Below, one piece after another: positions 1 through 10,054 of a stretch of DNA of 64,000 nt; position 1 is the first letter of the stretch, and every line of letters starts with the position of its first letter. The stretch is from an uncultured bacterium (GTDB lineage Bacteria > Cyanobacteriota > Cyanobacteriia > Cyanobacteriales > Xenococcaceae), in NCBI GenBank assembly GCA_964562685.1, contig CAZLUP010000003.1, positions 31,586-95,585 on the forward strand. Reading direction: 5' to 3'. The translations under genes were made by a program, and so were the position numbers. Below the pieces are notes generated by a model that saw only the letters and a list, made by a program, of their open reading frames with translations, ran no database searches and was not told the DNA's origin.

Positions 1-85
1 GTGGGATATGCTGAGGTCTCCTCAGCTTATAGAACCACGTAAGAAGGCAAAAGGCAAAAAGTAGAATAATTAATTTTATTACTTG

Positions 86-134
86 TTCCCTATTCCCTAT
101 TTCTTCCTGATAACTGATAACTGATAACTGAAAT
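86..134. repeat. heptamer tandem repeats TTCCCTA x2 then CTGATAA x3 (STRR-like)
   Basis: Seven consecutive heptads: ttcccta, ttcccta, tttcttc, ctgataa, ctgataa, ctgataa, ctgaaat. Confidence 0.75.
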
Positions 135-148
135 GATGAATAGCTTAA

Positions 149-361
149 CTATTCAATTGTGATCGACTGAGGTTTATCTTGTTTGCTGTTAGGGTTGGTA
201 TTATTGTTCTCAAAATTACTAAATCCCTGTTTGTCTAACCAACTGGCGAGAGGTTCTTCATTGAGATTAAGTCGTAAAAGTCCAGAACAAAAACCGCTAG
301 TAAAGGCAAGAGGTTGTTTCAGTAGTTCTTGAATTACAGGAGATAGTTCGCTTAAAAACAT
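149..361 (-). CDS. small hypothetical protein
   Basis: 70-aa ORF lying 51 nt downstream of the co-directional oxidoreductase gene. No recognisable motif. Confidence 0.35.
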   Translation of the reverse strand: MFLSELSPVIQELLKQPLAFTSGFCSGLLRLNLNEEPLASWLDKQGFSNFENNNTNPNSKQDKPQSITIE

Positions 362-412
362 AATCTATCTTTTAGGTAAATTTAAAATTGTCATGCTGTT
401 TTACTTGAAATT

Positions 413-1543
413 TTAACGCTTTCTCGTCTCTGAAAAGCTATTAATGAATTTTCGGTCAATATAATCTTTGAGATACCATAGTAAGGGAGATTGCCAACCA
501 ATTAATCCCCAAGAAGCGATCGCGTTTTTGTCTCCAGTGCCGATTAAGGCTAAGTAGTTTTTTTGTGGAGTGTAGGTTTTAAGTGGTTGCCCTAAAATTA
601 TTCTACGCCAATTTTTAAATAGTGGGCGACCCTGACGTACGGCAAAGACACCTGCTTTAGGACGCTGATAATTTTGCATAGTTGCTATATCCCCTGTCGC
701 GAAAATATGGGGATGAGAAACAGATTGAAGAGTATCTTTAACTAAAATAAAACCTCTTTCATCGGTAGTTAAGCCTGAATTCTTAATCCAAGTGGGTGCG
801 GAAGCTTGAGTTACCCAAAATATATGATTACAATCTACAACTAAACCAGAATCACAAATAATTTGATTGGCTAAAACTTCTTTGACAGTTTCCTGTAAAT
901 GGAGTTTAATTCCTCTTTGAATTAAAATTTTTTCTAAATGATTACTCACCCAATGATTATGATTTGATAAAAGTTTTGCTTCGCGATGAAATAAATGAAT
1001 TGTAGTTTGATTATTTTGTTCTTTTTGCAAACGAGCCTGCATATTTAAGGCTAATTCAACTCCTCCCGCACCGCCACCAACAATTGCCAAGGAAGTTGAA
1101 ACATCTGGATGTTTTTTAATTGTGATTAATAACTTTTCCCAAGCTTGTAAAAATTGAGGAACAGGTTTGGCAGGAATAGCATATTCTTTAGCTCCAGGTA
1201 TATTATTTATTTGGGGAGTGCTACCGATATCAATTGATAAGTAATCGAATTTAATGGGAGAGTTTTGTAAACAAATTACTTGTTGATTATTTAAATCTAA
1301 ACCCATTGCTTGATCTATAATTAAATCTGCTCCTGCAAACTCAGATAAATGTCGTAAATTAATATGACTTTCTTGATAAGAATAAAACCCCGCCACATGA
1401 CCAGGCAACATACCCGAATAAGGTGTTTGTTCCACATCACTGATTAAAGTAAGTTTTACTCCTGGAATCGGATTTTGCCCAAATAATTTTAAAGCGATCG
1501 CATGGCTGTGTCCACCACCAATTAAAACTAATTTTTGTGTCAT
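413..1543 (-). CDS. FAD-dependent pyridine nucleotide-disulfide oxidoreductase (NDH-2-like)
   Basis: Two Rossmann dinucleotide-binding motifs: LVLIGGGHSHAIAL at the N-terminus and LAIVGGGAGGVELAL mid-protein. ATGDIA motif near the C-terminal third. Confidence 0.8.
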   Translation of the reverse strand: MTQKLVLIGGGHSHAIALKLFGQNPIPGVKLTLISDVEQTPYSGMLPGHVAGFYSYQESHINLRHLSEFAGADLIIDQAMGLDLNNQQVICLQNSPIKFDYLSIDIGSTPQINNIPGAKEYAIPAKPVPQFLQAWEKLLITIKKHPDVSTSLAIVGGGAGGVELALNMQARLQKEQNNQTTIHLFHREAKLLSNHNHWVSNHLEKILIQRGIKLHLQETVKEVLANQIICDSGLVVDCNHIFWVTQASAPTWIKNSGLTTDERGFILVKDTLQSVSHPHIFATGDIATMQNYQRPKAGVFAVRQGRPLFKNWRRIILGQPLKTYTPQKNYLALIGTGDKNAIASWGLIGWQSPLLWYLKDYIDRKFINSFSETRKR

Positions 1544-1846
1544 AAATAATTCAAATTATTTAAAGATTTTCAAATTGTTAAATCCTTTTAAATAAAAATT
1601 ACATTTAAGCAACAATCGGTAGTAATTAAACTAATAAACTAATTTTAAAAATTTTTGTTGTTAATAATTAGTGTTCTTTAGTCAGTTATCTAAGAAAAAA
1701 ATTAGCAGGCTGAATATTTATAGTAATCTTAATTCGCTCCACAAATATTTTGTATTTTAAAATAATACTAATAAAAAAAAATAATGAGATATCTATTTGA
1801 GGTCGAAAGTTATAAGCTCTAAGTCAATTTTAATATATTACTTATA

Positions 1847-1867
1847 ACCTATTACCTATTACCTTTT
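1847..1867. repeat. heptamer tandem repeat ACCTATT
   Basis: The units are acctatt, acctatt, acctttt. Confidence 0.55.
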
Positions 1868-1914
1868 TTTTATTCAATCTATCTCACTATTAAATTTAAT
1901 CAGTATAAATAAAA

Positions 1915-3255
1915 TCAACCTACATTTTTAAACCTTTCTTTAGCAGACTGAAAAGCTTCTCGCATTACTGACTGAATTTTTTCGGGATCAGGTTTTTTGC
2001 CACCCATTAAATCTCCAAAATAAACACAAGCACCTTCACCCAATGCCCAAGTATAAGCAGCAGCCCAAGAAGCAGCAATTACACTACCAAAACCAGGAAT
2101 AAATTTAATCAATTCTCTACCCACAGCTTGCGCGACAAAACCACCAGCGATCGCACTAACAATTCCTCCAGCTTGGGATGGGGTGATATTTTGTCCGTAT
2201 AATTTGCCCAATAAACTTACCATTGAGACTTGTAGCGCAGTTAAAACAGGCATCGTCGCAAAAGGAAGAGGTACGGCTGCTAAAGTAGCTGCAATCGTCG
2301 AAAATGCCAACAGATAACGTCTAGCAACATCTCGATACAAATTGCCGATTTGTTCAGTAGCGGTTTGATCCAATAATTGAGAAATGGCATGAGCTTCTGC
2401 TTCAGGCAGTAATTCTGCGATCGCATCTCTTAAAGCTTCTAAACCGTAAAAAATCGGCTGATATTCATCTTCTTCTAAAGTAAAATCAATCAAAACAGAG
2501 TGATCGCATAAATTAGCAAAAGCTTCTCCAATAGCTGTAAAAGCTCGCTTTACTTCGGCAACATCTGGAGGATACTCAGGATGATTAACTAAATCGGGCG
2601 GATAAACCTCGTGGAGACAGGTCACTGCTAATAAACAGGGAATGTTCGGATATTTTTGGCGTAATTGTTGAGCAATTTGTTTTAAAGTATCAGTCGCAAA
2701 ATCATTGATTTTAACCGTGAGAATTAAAATTTTGGCTCGATTAGTTTCCTGTCGCAAATCTCCAATTAATTCTTCAATAATCGCTTGAGTATCTTGAGCA
2801 ACATCTCCTAGCCCAACCGTATCAGTAAAAATTAATAAAGGTATTTCGCTGGAAGGATAAGCATATTGCTGAGTATGTTGAGTATGGGGGCGAAATCCTT
2901 GTCCCACAATTTCAGCCGACACTCCTGTCAATCCTCGGATAATCGAACTTTTACCTGCTTGTGGTTTACCAATCAGTAAAGCCTCAGTTGTGGGTAATTT
3001 GGCTCTAACAGTTTCTAAAATTTCTGTTACTTGAGCCTCGTCGACATTAAACCATTTAGTAGCAGTTTGAGCAATTTGCTCTAAAGGTAAAGTCTTAACA
3101 ATTTTTTGCGTTGCCTCATTCCAAGTATTAGTAACCCAGGCTGCCCAGGCATTGCCATGGAGTTTACGGGAAGATTGAGATTCGTTAGATGATAAATCAG
3201 GTTTAGGGGAATCAGTCATAAATTCTGAATTTTCAATTCTGAATTCTGATTTCAT
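1915..3255 (-). CDS. P-loop GTPase fused to a Gly/Ala-rich hydrophobic C-terminal domain (DUF697/YcjF-like)
   Basis: Walker A motif GKPQAGKSS and G3-like DTVGLGD. The C-terminal ~130 aa are hydrophobic and glycine-rich (GGIVSAIAGGFVAQAVG...). The true start may be the internal MTDSPKP. Confidence 0.65.
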   Translation of the reverse strand: MKSEFRIENSEFMTDSPKPDLSSNESQSSRKLHGNAWAAWVTNTWNEATQKIVKTLPLEQIAQTATKWFNVDEAQVTEILETVRAKLPTTEALLIGKPQAGKSSIIRGLTGVSAEIVGQGFRPHTQHTQQYAYPSSEIPLLIFTDTVGLGDVAQDTQAIIEELIGDLRQETNRAKILILTVKINDFATDTLKQIAQQLRQKYPNIPCLLAVTCLHEVYPPDLVNHPEYPPDVAEVKRAFTAIGEAFANLCDHSVLIDFTLEEDEYQPIFYGLEALRDAIAELLPEAEAHAISQLLDQTATEQIGNLYRDVARRYLLAFSTIAATLAAVPLPFATMPVLTALQVSMVSLLGKLYGQNITPSQAGGIVSAIAGGFVAQAVGRELIKFIPGFGSVIAASWAAAYTWALGEGACVYFGDLMGGKKPDPEKIQSVMREAFQSAKERFKNVG

Positions 3256-3260
3256 CTTAG

Positions 3261-4493
3261 TTAAAAATTGGCACCTACTGCTTCAATCGCAGCTTCAAGT
3301 GCGATCGCAATCTGAGTCCAATGAGTACCACCCTGACAAAATACGAGATAAGGTTCTCGCAAAGGACCATCGGCAGAAAATTCCGAAGTACTCCCATCAA
3401 TAAAAGTTCCTCCAGCCATAACTAATTGGCTCTCATAGCCAGGCATTTCGGCAGGAATAGGTTCTAGGTAAGAATCGATTGGAGAACATCTTTGAATCGC
3501 TTTACAAAACGCAATCAGTTTTTCTGGTGAACCTAACTGAATAGCTTGAATCACATCCCGACGAGGTTCTAAGGGCAACGGATTAACAGGATAACCTAAT
3601 TGATCAAAAACATAAGCAATTAAATGACTTCCTTTGACCGCTTCACCCACCATTTGAGGAGCTAAAAATAAACCCTGAAACAACAACCGATTTTGATCTA
3701 GGGTAGCACCGCCACTACTACCAATACCTGGTGCTGTCAAACGACAAGCTGCTGCTTCTACCAATTCAGCTTTTCCTGCCACATAACCACCAGTAGTAAC
3801 AATTGTTCCCCCCGGATTTTTAATCAAAGAACCCGCCATCAAATCTGCACCAACTGCCGTCGGTTCTCGATCTTCGATAAATTCTCCATAACAATTATCC
3901 ACAAAACAAACTGTATCAGGATTTTGTCGTTTAACTATCGCAATAATTTTTTCAATATCGGCAATTGATAAACTCTTACGCCATGAATAACCACAAGAAC
4001 GTTGAATTAAAACCAAACGGGTTTTATCTTTAACTGCTGTTTCCAAATTTTTCCAATCAATATTTCCATCCAAAGTCAGGTTTAATTGGCGATATTCAAT
4101 GTTAAACTCAGCAAGAGAACCATGATGGTTTCCTCTTAAACCGATTACTTCTTCGAGGGTGTCATAAGGTGAGCCTGCTACAGCTAACATTTCGTCTCCT
4201 GGACGAAGTACGCCAAATAAAGCACTGGCGATCGCATGAGTACCTGAAACAAATTGAATTCGGACTATTGCTTCGTCTGCGCCCATGATGTCAGCAAAGA
4301 CTCTATCCAGAGTGTCTCTACCAAGGTCGTCATGTCCATAACCACTAACACTAGCAAAGTGATGGACTCCGACACGGCGATCGCCAAACGCGGTTAATAC
4401 TTTTTTTAAGTTTTGCTTGACCTGGGTGTCAATTCCAGAAAAAATCGGTAATAAGGCTTTTTCTGCTTCAAACAGCAGAGCTTGGGTGTTCAT
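3261..4493 (-). CDS. PLP-dependent methionine gamma-lyase family / aluminium-resistance family protein (YnbB-like)
   Basis: 410 aa. The N-terminal SGYGHDDLGRDTLDRVFADIMG...VSGTHAIA pattern is recalled as typical of this family. Assigned from memory, not by search. Confidence 0.6.
   Translation of the reverse strand: MNTQALLFEAEKALLPIFSGIDTQVKQNLKKVLTAFGDRRVGVHHFASVSGYGHDDLGRDTLDRVFADIMGADEAIVRIQFVSGTHAIASALFGVLRPGDEMLAVAGSPYDTLEEVIGLRGNHHGSLAEFNIEYRQLNLTLDGNIDWKNLETAVKDKTRLVLIQRSCGYSWRKSLSIADIEKIIAIVKRQNPDTVCFVDNCYGEFIEDREPTAVGADLMAGSLIKNPGGTIVTTGGYVAGKAELVEAAACRLTAPGIGSSGGATLDQNRLLFQGLFLAPQMVGEAVKGSHLIAYVFDQLGYPVNPLPLEPRRDVIQAIQLGSPEKLIAFCKAIQRCSPIDSYLEPIPAEMPGYESQLVMAGGTFIDGSTSEFSADGPLREPYLVFCQGGTHWTQIAIALEAAIEAVGANF
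3301..3308. repeat. HIP1 octamer GCGATCGC (one representative of many copies in the window)
   Basis: Exact GCGATCGC. Further copies include 516-523, 1494-1501 and 2147-2154, with many more in genes and spacers. Confidence 0.9.
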
Positions 4494-4731
4494 GAGCGAA
4501 TGGGGATTTTAAATTTTGTTGCCAATCATCTATCGAAAAACATTTGCTTTATTGCTGTCAATAGGTTTTAGTTTGGTAAGTGATTTTCTCCAATCCCATT
4601 AGACACCACAGCATAAAGTAAAAGGTAAAAACTTAATGAGTATTTTTTCCGTTTTTACCTTTTGCGTTTATGTTTTTTTGTGTTGGTTTTAAAACACAAA
4701 TTTTGCATAAAGTATAGATTTAGGTTAATAA

Positions 4732-5565
4732 ATGACAGTTGCTACATCAGATCGACTTCCTCCAGATTGGCTCAACATTAGCTATTTTGGACTAATACAT
4801 TTAGTCGCTTTATTAGCTGTTTTACCCCAAAATTTTAGTTGGGGAGCAGTCGGAGTTGCTTTTTTGCTTTATTGGTTAACGGCAGGGATCGGAATTACTC
4901 TTGGATTCCATCGTCTAGTTACCCATCGAAGTTTTGAAACTCCTAAATGGGTAGAATACATTTTAGTTTTTTGTGGAACTCTAGCTTGTGAAGGAGGACC
5001 CCTGGATTGGGTTGGAGCGCATCGTGTTCATCATAAATATTCTGATACAGAATTAGACCCTCACGATTCTAATCGGGGTTTTTGGTGGAGTCATATCGGT
5101 TGGATGATGTGTCAACATCCTGTCAATCAAGAAATTCCTCGTTATACCAAAGATATTGCTGACGATCCTTTTTATCAATTCTGTCAAAAATATTTAGTTC
5201 CTATTCAAGTTGCTTTAGGCTTACTTTTATATTTCATTGGGGGTTGGTCTTATGTAATTTGGGGCATTTTTGTTCGTTTAGTAGTTGTTTTCCACGTTAC
5301 CTGGTTAGTCAATAGCGCAACTCATAAATTTGGCTATAAAAGTCATGAATCAAACGATAACTCAACCAATTGTTGGTGGGTAGCTTTACTTACTTTTGGG
5401 GAAGGTTGGCACAACAACCACCACGCATACCAATATTCTGCCCGTCATGGCTTAAGATGGTGGGAAATCGATGCTACTTGGATGACTATTAAATTACTTG
5501 AATTCTTAGGATTAGCAAAAAATATTAAATTACCACCAATTCAAACTAAGCAAACTCAAGTTTAA
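4732..5565 (+). CDS. desC: acyl-lipid delta-9 fatty-acid desaturase
   Basis: Three histidine boxes (HRLVTH, HRVHHKYSD, HNNHHAY) with hydrophobic membrane segments between them. Confidence 0.9.
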   Translation: MTVATSDRLPPDWLNISYFGLIHLVALLAVLPQNFSWGAVGVAFLLYWLTAGIGITLGFHRLVTHRSFETPKWVEYILVFCGTLACEGGPLDWVGAHRVHHKYSDTELDPHDSNRGFWWSHIGWMMCQHPVNQEIPRYTKDIADDPFYQFCQKYLVPIQVALGLLLYFIGGWSYVIWGIFVRLVVVFHVTWLVNSATHKFGYKSHESNDNSTNCWWVALLTFGEGWHNNHHAYQYSARHGLRWWEIDATWMTIKLLEFLGLAKNIKLPPIQTKQTQV

Positions 5566-5587
5566 ATTTTAATTAAATCAAGACTAT

Positions 5588-5640
5588 AAGGTAAAAGATA
5601 TTGATTGAACAGATGTTCTCATTATCTTTTACCTTTTTTT
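5588..5640 (+). terminator. rho-independent terminator of desC
   Basis: Perfect 13-bp stem, AAGGTAAAAGATA (5588-5600) pairing with TATCTTTTACCTT (5623-5635), followed by a T-run. It starts 23 nt after the desC stop. Confidence 0.6.
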
Positions 5641-6076
5641 ATTGAAACAAAAATTATTCCAATTTAAGTAAGAAACAAAATTTTATTTTAATATTTTTAG
5701 AAGAGAAAAAAAAACAACAGTAGTAGTCAACAACTCTTGCTATAAAAACAAAGCAAATAACCAAGCAATCAGAATCTTTTCTGCTTAACTCTGAAACCGT
5801 AATTATAAAACTTGGTTGGGAATTGATTTAAGAAAATTTTGAAAATTAATTATTTTAAGATTAATCTTTTTCAAAGATTTACTAGGCTATTTTAATGAAA
5901 AAATACTTTTAATATTTTGTTTTTGTCTAAGCTAACAAACTCTAAATTAATCAGGACAAATTAATAACTGTCCATCAGATAGAAGACATTTTCTGAAAAA
6001 AAAATTAAGGTAAGAATATACACCTAATTATCAGTCCATTACGTCTAAAGCAAAGAAAATTGCAGTTAATTAATTA

Positions 6077-6811
6077 ATGAATCAGTCTTTGTCGTCTCAA
6101 CAATCTCTTTCAAAACAACAATCCGATTCGATTAACTCTCGTGTATCTCCTTGGTTAGCTCGATTACTGTATCCCTTAGCGCGATATTTTGTTTTACCTG
6201 TCTTTTTTAGCAAAATTGAGGTAACCGGGCAAGAAAATATTCCCAAGACTGAACCTGTAATTGTTGCCCCTACTCATCGTTCTCGTTGGGATGCCATGAT
6301 TATTCCCTATGCAGTAGGGAGATTAGTTAGTGGCAGAGACTTACGTTTTATGGTTTCTGCTAATGAGGTTAAAGGTGTACAAGGATGGTTTATTAGAAGA
6401 ATGGGTGGATTTCCTGTTGATACTGAACGCCCAGGAATAGGCAGTGTTCGCCACAGCATTAAACTACTGCATAAAGATGAAATGCTAGTAATTTTTCCAG
6501 AGGGAGGGATATATAGAGAGAATATAGTTCATCCTCTCAAGCGTGGGGTAGCTAGGATCGCTTTAGAAGTAGAATCAGAACAACCAGGAAGTGAAATAAA
6601 AATTTTACCTATTAGTATTAAATACAATCAGCCCTATCCTAGTTGGGGGTCAAAAGTGATAGTAGAAATTGGCTCACCTCTCAATGTAGCTGATTATTTA
6701 GGTGATTCTTTACGTCAAAGCTCTCAGAAACTCACAAATGCACTAAAAGAATCATTAGAAAAGTTGCACAAAGTTGAAGATGAATGTAGATTAGCATCTT
6801 CTGAAATATAA
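6077..6811 (+). CDS. plsC: 1-acyl-sn-glycerol-3-phosphate acyltransferase family protein
   Basis: HX4D catalytic motif HRSRWD and a FPEGG motif. Confidence 0.8.
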   Translation: MNQSLSSQQSLSKQQSDSINSRVSPWLARLLYPLARYFVLPVFFSKIEVTGQENIPKTEPVIVAPTHRSRWDAMIIPYAVGRLVSGRDLRFMVSANEVKGVQGWFIRRMGGFPVDTERPGIGSVRHSIKLLHKDEMLVIFPEGGIYRENIVHPLKRGVARIALEVESEQPGSEIKILPISIKYNQPYPSWGSKVIVEIGSPLNVADYLGDSLRQSSQKLTNALKESLEKLHKVEDECRLASSEI

Positions 6812-6896
6812 TTTGATAAAGATCTCAGACGTTACAATTCTTGGCGTAATAAACTGGTTAATAAGCCAATGATCTTGGTTTAACCTCTAGTAACAA

Positions 6897-8909
6897 TTGA
6901 GTGAAACTATCAGCGCAAAATTTATGAAGCGCGCTTCCCAATTCCGAGTATCTATGTCAAACACGGAGCGAACAATTCAGTGCTCGAATCCTCATTGTCT
7001 AGCTGTTAATTCGATAGATAATCAATTTTGTCATCGATGTAAAACGCCGATAGTCAAACGTTATCTGTGGGCAATAACAGAACCGAGTTCATCATCAGTA
7101 AGTGCAAGAGCGATCGCAGATGAGCAAATTGGGCAATTAATTGGAGATCGCTATTTGGCATTAGATCAAAGAGTATTTCTTGATACCCAACCAGGAAAAT
7201 TACCTCAAACTGCGGAGGAAGTACCGAGAACAATTATTGCTTATCTACAACTTTTTTCTTATGTGCCTCACATTCCTCAAGTTTATGGACAACTAGATGG
7301 TACAGATATTTGGTTACTAGAATATGGCACTGTCCCAACCGACCAACGAGGAGGATTAATCCATCCCCAATTAATGCCTGAGATCACTGAAGTATGGCAA
7401 CAAGCAACTGCTTTACAACAGTTAAGTTGGTTGAGGCAAATTGTAAGTCTTTGGCAACCTTTAGCTAGTAAGCAGCTAGTTTCTACTCTACTTAATGCTC
7501 AATTAATTAGACTTAATGGAACATTAATTCAGCTTTTAGAATTAGAACCCGACCAGTCAACTACCCCTCAGTTAAAGGATCTGGCTCAGTTATGGTCTGA
7601 GTGGAATCAAACTTCCTCTCCACAAATTCAAGAATTATTAACACAACTTTGTCTTCATCTTCAACAAGGAAAGATTAATCAACCAGAACAGATCATCGCT
7701 GTTTTAGACCGAGCAATTCAATTATGTAGTTATGCTTTTGATTATTCTTATCGAGTGGTTGCCTGTACTGATTCAGGTCCAAGTCGCAATAATAACGAAG
7801 ATGCTTCCTACCCTCCTAATGAAACGTTGATTAATGTAGGTGACCAAGAAACTTCTCTAGCTATTGTTTGTGATGGAGTAGGAGGACACGAAGGAGGGGA
7901 GATTGCTGCCGAACAGACCATTAAGTATCTTAGAGATCGAGTGGCTGAATTATCTTTAGGCAAATACGATACTCATCCGCCTAGTGTAATTAATAAGTTA
8001 GCCAATTTTACTAACGCAGCTAACGATATTATTAGTAATCGTAACGATAACGAACAGCGTCAAGAAAGACGGCGCATGGGGACAACCTTGGTCATGAGTT
8101 TAGCTCATCATCATGAAATGTACCTAGCTCATGTAGGGGATTCTCGAATTTATTTGATTACTCCAGAAAGTTGTCATCAAGTTACCGTTGACGATGATTT
8201 GGCATCAAGAGAAGTACGTTTGGGCTATGCTGTTTATCGAGAAGCTTTGCAATACCCATCAGCAGGAGCTTTAATCCAAGCGTTGGGCATGAGAGATTCT
8301 GGTTCTCTTCATCCTAATGTCCAACGGCTGATTATTGACCGCGACTGTGTCTTTTTGCTTTGTACTGATGGCTTAAGTGATTTTGACCGAGTAGAACAAT
8401 ATTGGCAGAGTACAGTTCTACCGCTTTTACATAATCCAGACCAAAATAATCTGATTAAAGCTGCTAAAGCATTAGTGAAAATTGCTAATGAAAAGAATGG
8501 TCATGACAATGTTACTGTTGCTTTAGTCCATTGTCAGATTCGACCTAAATCGGACACAGAAACAGAAGCTATTTCTTGGGCAGAGGTAGAATCAGTAATT
8601 GGGGAATCGATGGGTTGGTCTGAAGTTGATCCAACTGATAGTTCTTTGCCCGACTCCGAATCATTACAGCCTACAGAAGCACAATTTATTGAACCGCTTC
8701 CTCATCGACGCAAATCTAAAAAACTACAGCTATTATTGTTAAGTTTGATTATTTTAATTGGAATCGGGGTGTTATCTTCTTTATTTGTACTGAAATTAAT
8801 GAATGAGGCAGAAGATTCTAAAGAACTTGGGCCAACTATTCCTGAGCGAGAAATGACTAATCCCGAGCAGGAAATAACCACTCCTCGTCCCAAAAATCAG
8901 AACTTTTAA
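6897..8909 (+). CDS. PP2C-family Ser/Thr phosphatase with N-terminal 4-Cys zinc ribbon and C-terminal TM anchor
   Basis: Zinc ribbon CSNPHC...CHRC. PP2C motifs NNEDA, VCDGVGGHEGG, DGLSD and GHDNVT. TM segment LLLLSLIILIGIGVLSSLFVL. The TTG start is doubtful; the ATG at 6954 (MSNTERT) is more likely. Confidence 0.8.
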   Translation: MSETISAKFMKRASQFRVSMSNTERTIQCSNPHCLAVNSIDNQFCHRCKTPIVKRYLWAITEPSSSSVSARAIADEQIGQLIGDRYLALDQRVFLDTQPGKLPQTAEEVPRTIIAYLQLFSYVPHIPQVYGQLDGTDIWLLEYGTVPTDQRGGLIHPQLMPEITEVWQQATALQQLSWLRQIVSLWQPLASKQLVSTLLNAQLIRLNGTLIQLLELEPDQSTTPQLKDLAQLWSEWNQTSSPQIQELLTQLCLHLQQGKINQPEQIIAVLDRAIQLCSYAFDYSYRVVACTDSGPSRNNNEDASYPPNETLINVGDQETSLAIVCDGVGGHEGGEIAAEQTIKYLRDRVAELSLGKYDTHPPSVINKLANFTNAANDIISNRNDNEQRQERRRMGTTLVMSLAHHHEMYLAHVGDSRIYLITPESCHQVTVDDDLASREVRLGYAVYREALQYPSAGALIQALGMRDSGSLHPNVQRLIIDRDCVFLLCTDGLSDFDRVEQYWQSTVLPLLHNPDQNNLIKAAKALVKIANEKNGHDNVTVALVHCQIRPKSDTETEAISWAEVESVIGESMGWSEVDPTDSSLPDSESLQPTEAQFIEPLPHRRKSKKLQLLLLSLIILIGIGVLSSLFVLKLMNEAEDSKELGPTIPEREMTNPEQEITTPRPKNQNF

Positions 8910-10054
8910 GGATATAAAACTTGCTTTAAAGCATTAAGTAAAAGAATGACATTTTCGGGGCGACTATTATATCCCATTAAGCCAATTCGCCAAACTTTAC
9001 CACCTAATTCGCCCAAACCACCAGCAATTTCAATATTGTATTCGTTAAGAAGCTTACCAGCGATCGCTTTACCATCAACTCCATCAGGGATACGGACAGT
9101 AGTTAAAGTTGGTAAACGGTATTGTTGCTCTACATGACAGACTAATTTTAATTCGGCTAAACCTTGCCACAATAACTCAGCATTGGCTTGATGTCTTTGC
9201 CAACGTTTTTCTAATTCTTCTTCAGCTACTAGACGTAAAGCTTCTCGTAAACCGTAATAAAGGTTAATTGGTGCAGTATGGTGATAAATTCTTTCACTGC
9301 CCCAGTATTTACTCAGCAGCGACATATCTAAATACCAGTTAGCAACGGGAGTACGACGGCTGTTTAATTTAGCAATTGCCTTGGCACTCATAGTAAAGGG
9401 TGAAGCACCAGGAGGACAACCTAAACCTTTTTGACTACAACTGTAAGCCAAATCGATCCCCGATTGGTCAATTGACAAAGGTACACCTCCCAAGCTGGTG
9501 ACAGTATCAATTAATAGCAAACAATCGTAATGTTGGCACAATTCTCCCAACCCTTCTAAAGGTTGTTTAACACCTGTTGAAGTTTCGGCATGAACTAAAG
9601 CTAAAATTTTCGGACGATGAGTTTCTAAGGCAGTTTTGATTTCAGCTAGATCAAATACTTGTCCCCAAGGTTTGCTAATGGTACGAACATCTGCACCATA
9701 ACGACTTGCCATATCTACTAGGCGATTGCCAAAATAGCCTTTTACCCCTACTAAAACTACATCTTCGGGTTCGACAACATTGGCTAGAGTCGCTTCCATC
9801 GCTGCACTACCAGTACCACTAACCGCAATAGTTAATTCATTGTCAGTTTGCCAAGCATAACGAAGTAAATCTTGAATTTCATCCATCACGGCTAAAAAAG
9901 TAGGGTCGAGATGTCCTACTGGTGGGGTACTCAGCGCAGTTAAGACGCGGGGATGAACATTGGCAGGGCCAGGACCTAATAGTAAACGAGGTGGTAAATC
10001 TAATTGAGCAGTTTGACGACGAAAGCGATCGCTCTTTGAGATGGTTGAAGTCAT
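8906..10054 (-). CDS. class V aminotransferase (serine-pyruvate / alanine-glyoxylate aminotransferase type)
   Basis: 382 aa. PLP-lysine context SCSQKGLGCPPG, and overall length and layout fit the AGAT family. Its end overlaps the convergent PP2C gene by 4 nt. Confidence 0.8.
   Translation of the reverse strand: MTSTISKSDRFRRQTAQLDLPPRLLLGPGPANVHPRVLTALSTPPVGHLDPTFLAVMDEIQDLLRYAWQTDNELTIAVSGTGSAAMEATLANVVEPEDVVLVGVKGYFGNRLVDMASRYGADVRTISKPWGQVFDLAEIKTALETHRPKILALVHAETSTGVKQPLEGLGELCQHYDCLLLIDTVTSLGGVPLSIDQSGIDLAYSCSQKGLGCPPGASPFTMSAKAIAKLNSRRTPVANWYLDMSLLSKYWGSERIYHHTAPINLYYGLREALRLVAEEELEKRWQRHQANAELLWQGLAELKLVCHVEQQYRLPTLTTVRIPDGVDGKAIAGKLLNEYNIEIAGGLGELGGKVWRIGLMGYNSRPENVILLLNALKQVLYP

Noticed and set aside
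8702-9137. Two small ORFs, 8702-8893 (-) and 8946-9137 (+).
   Set aside because: Each lies antisense inside a well-supported gene (the PP2C phosphatase and the class V aminotransferase respectively). They are shadow ORFs.
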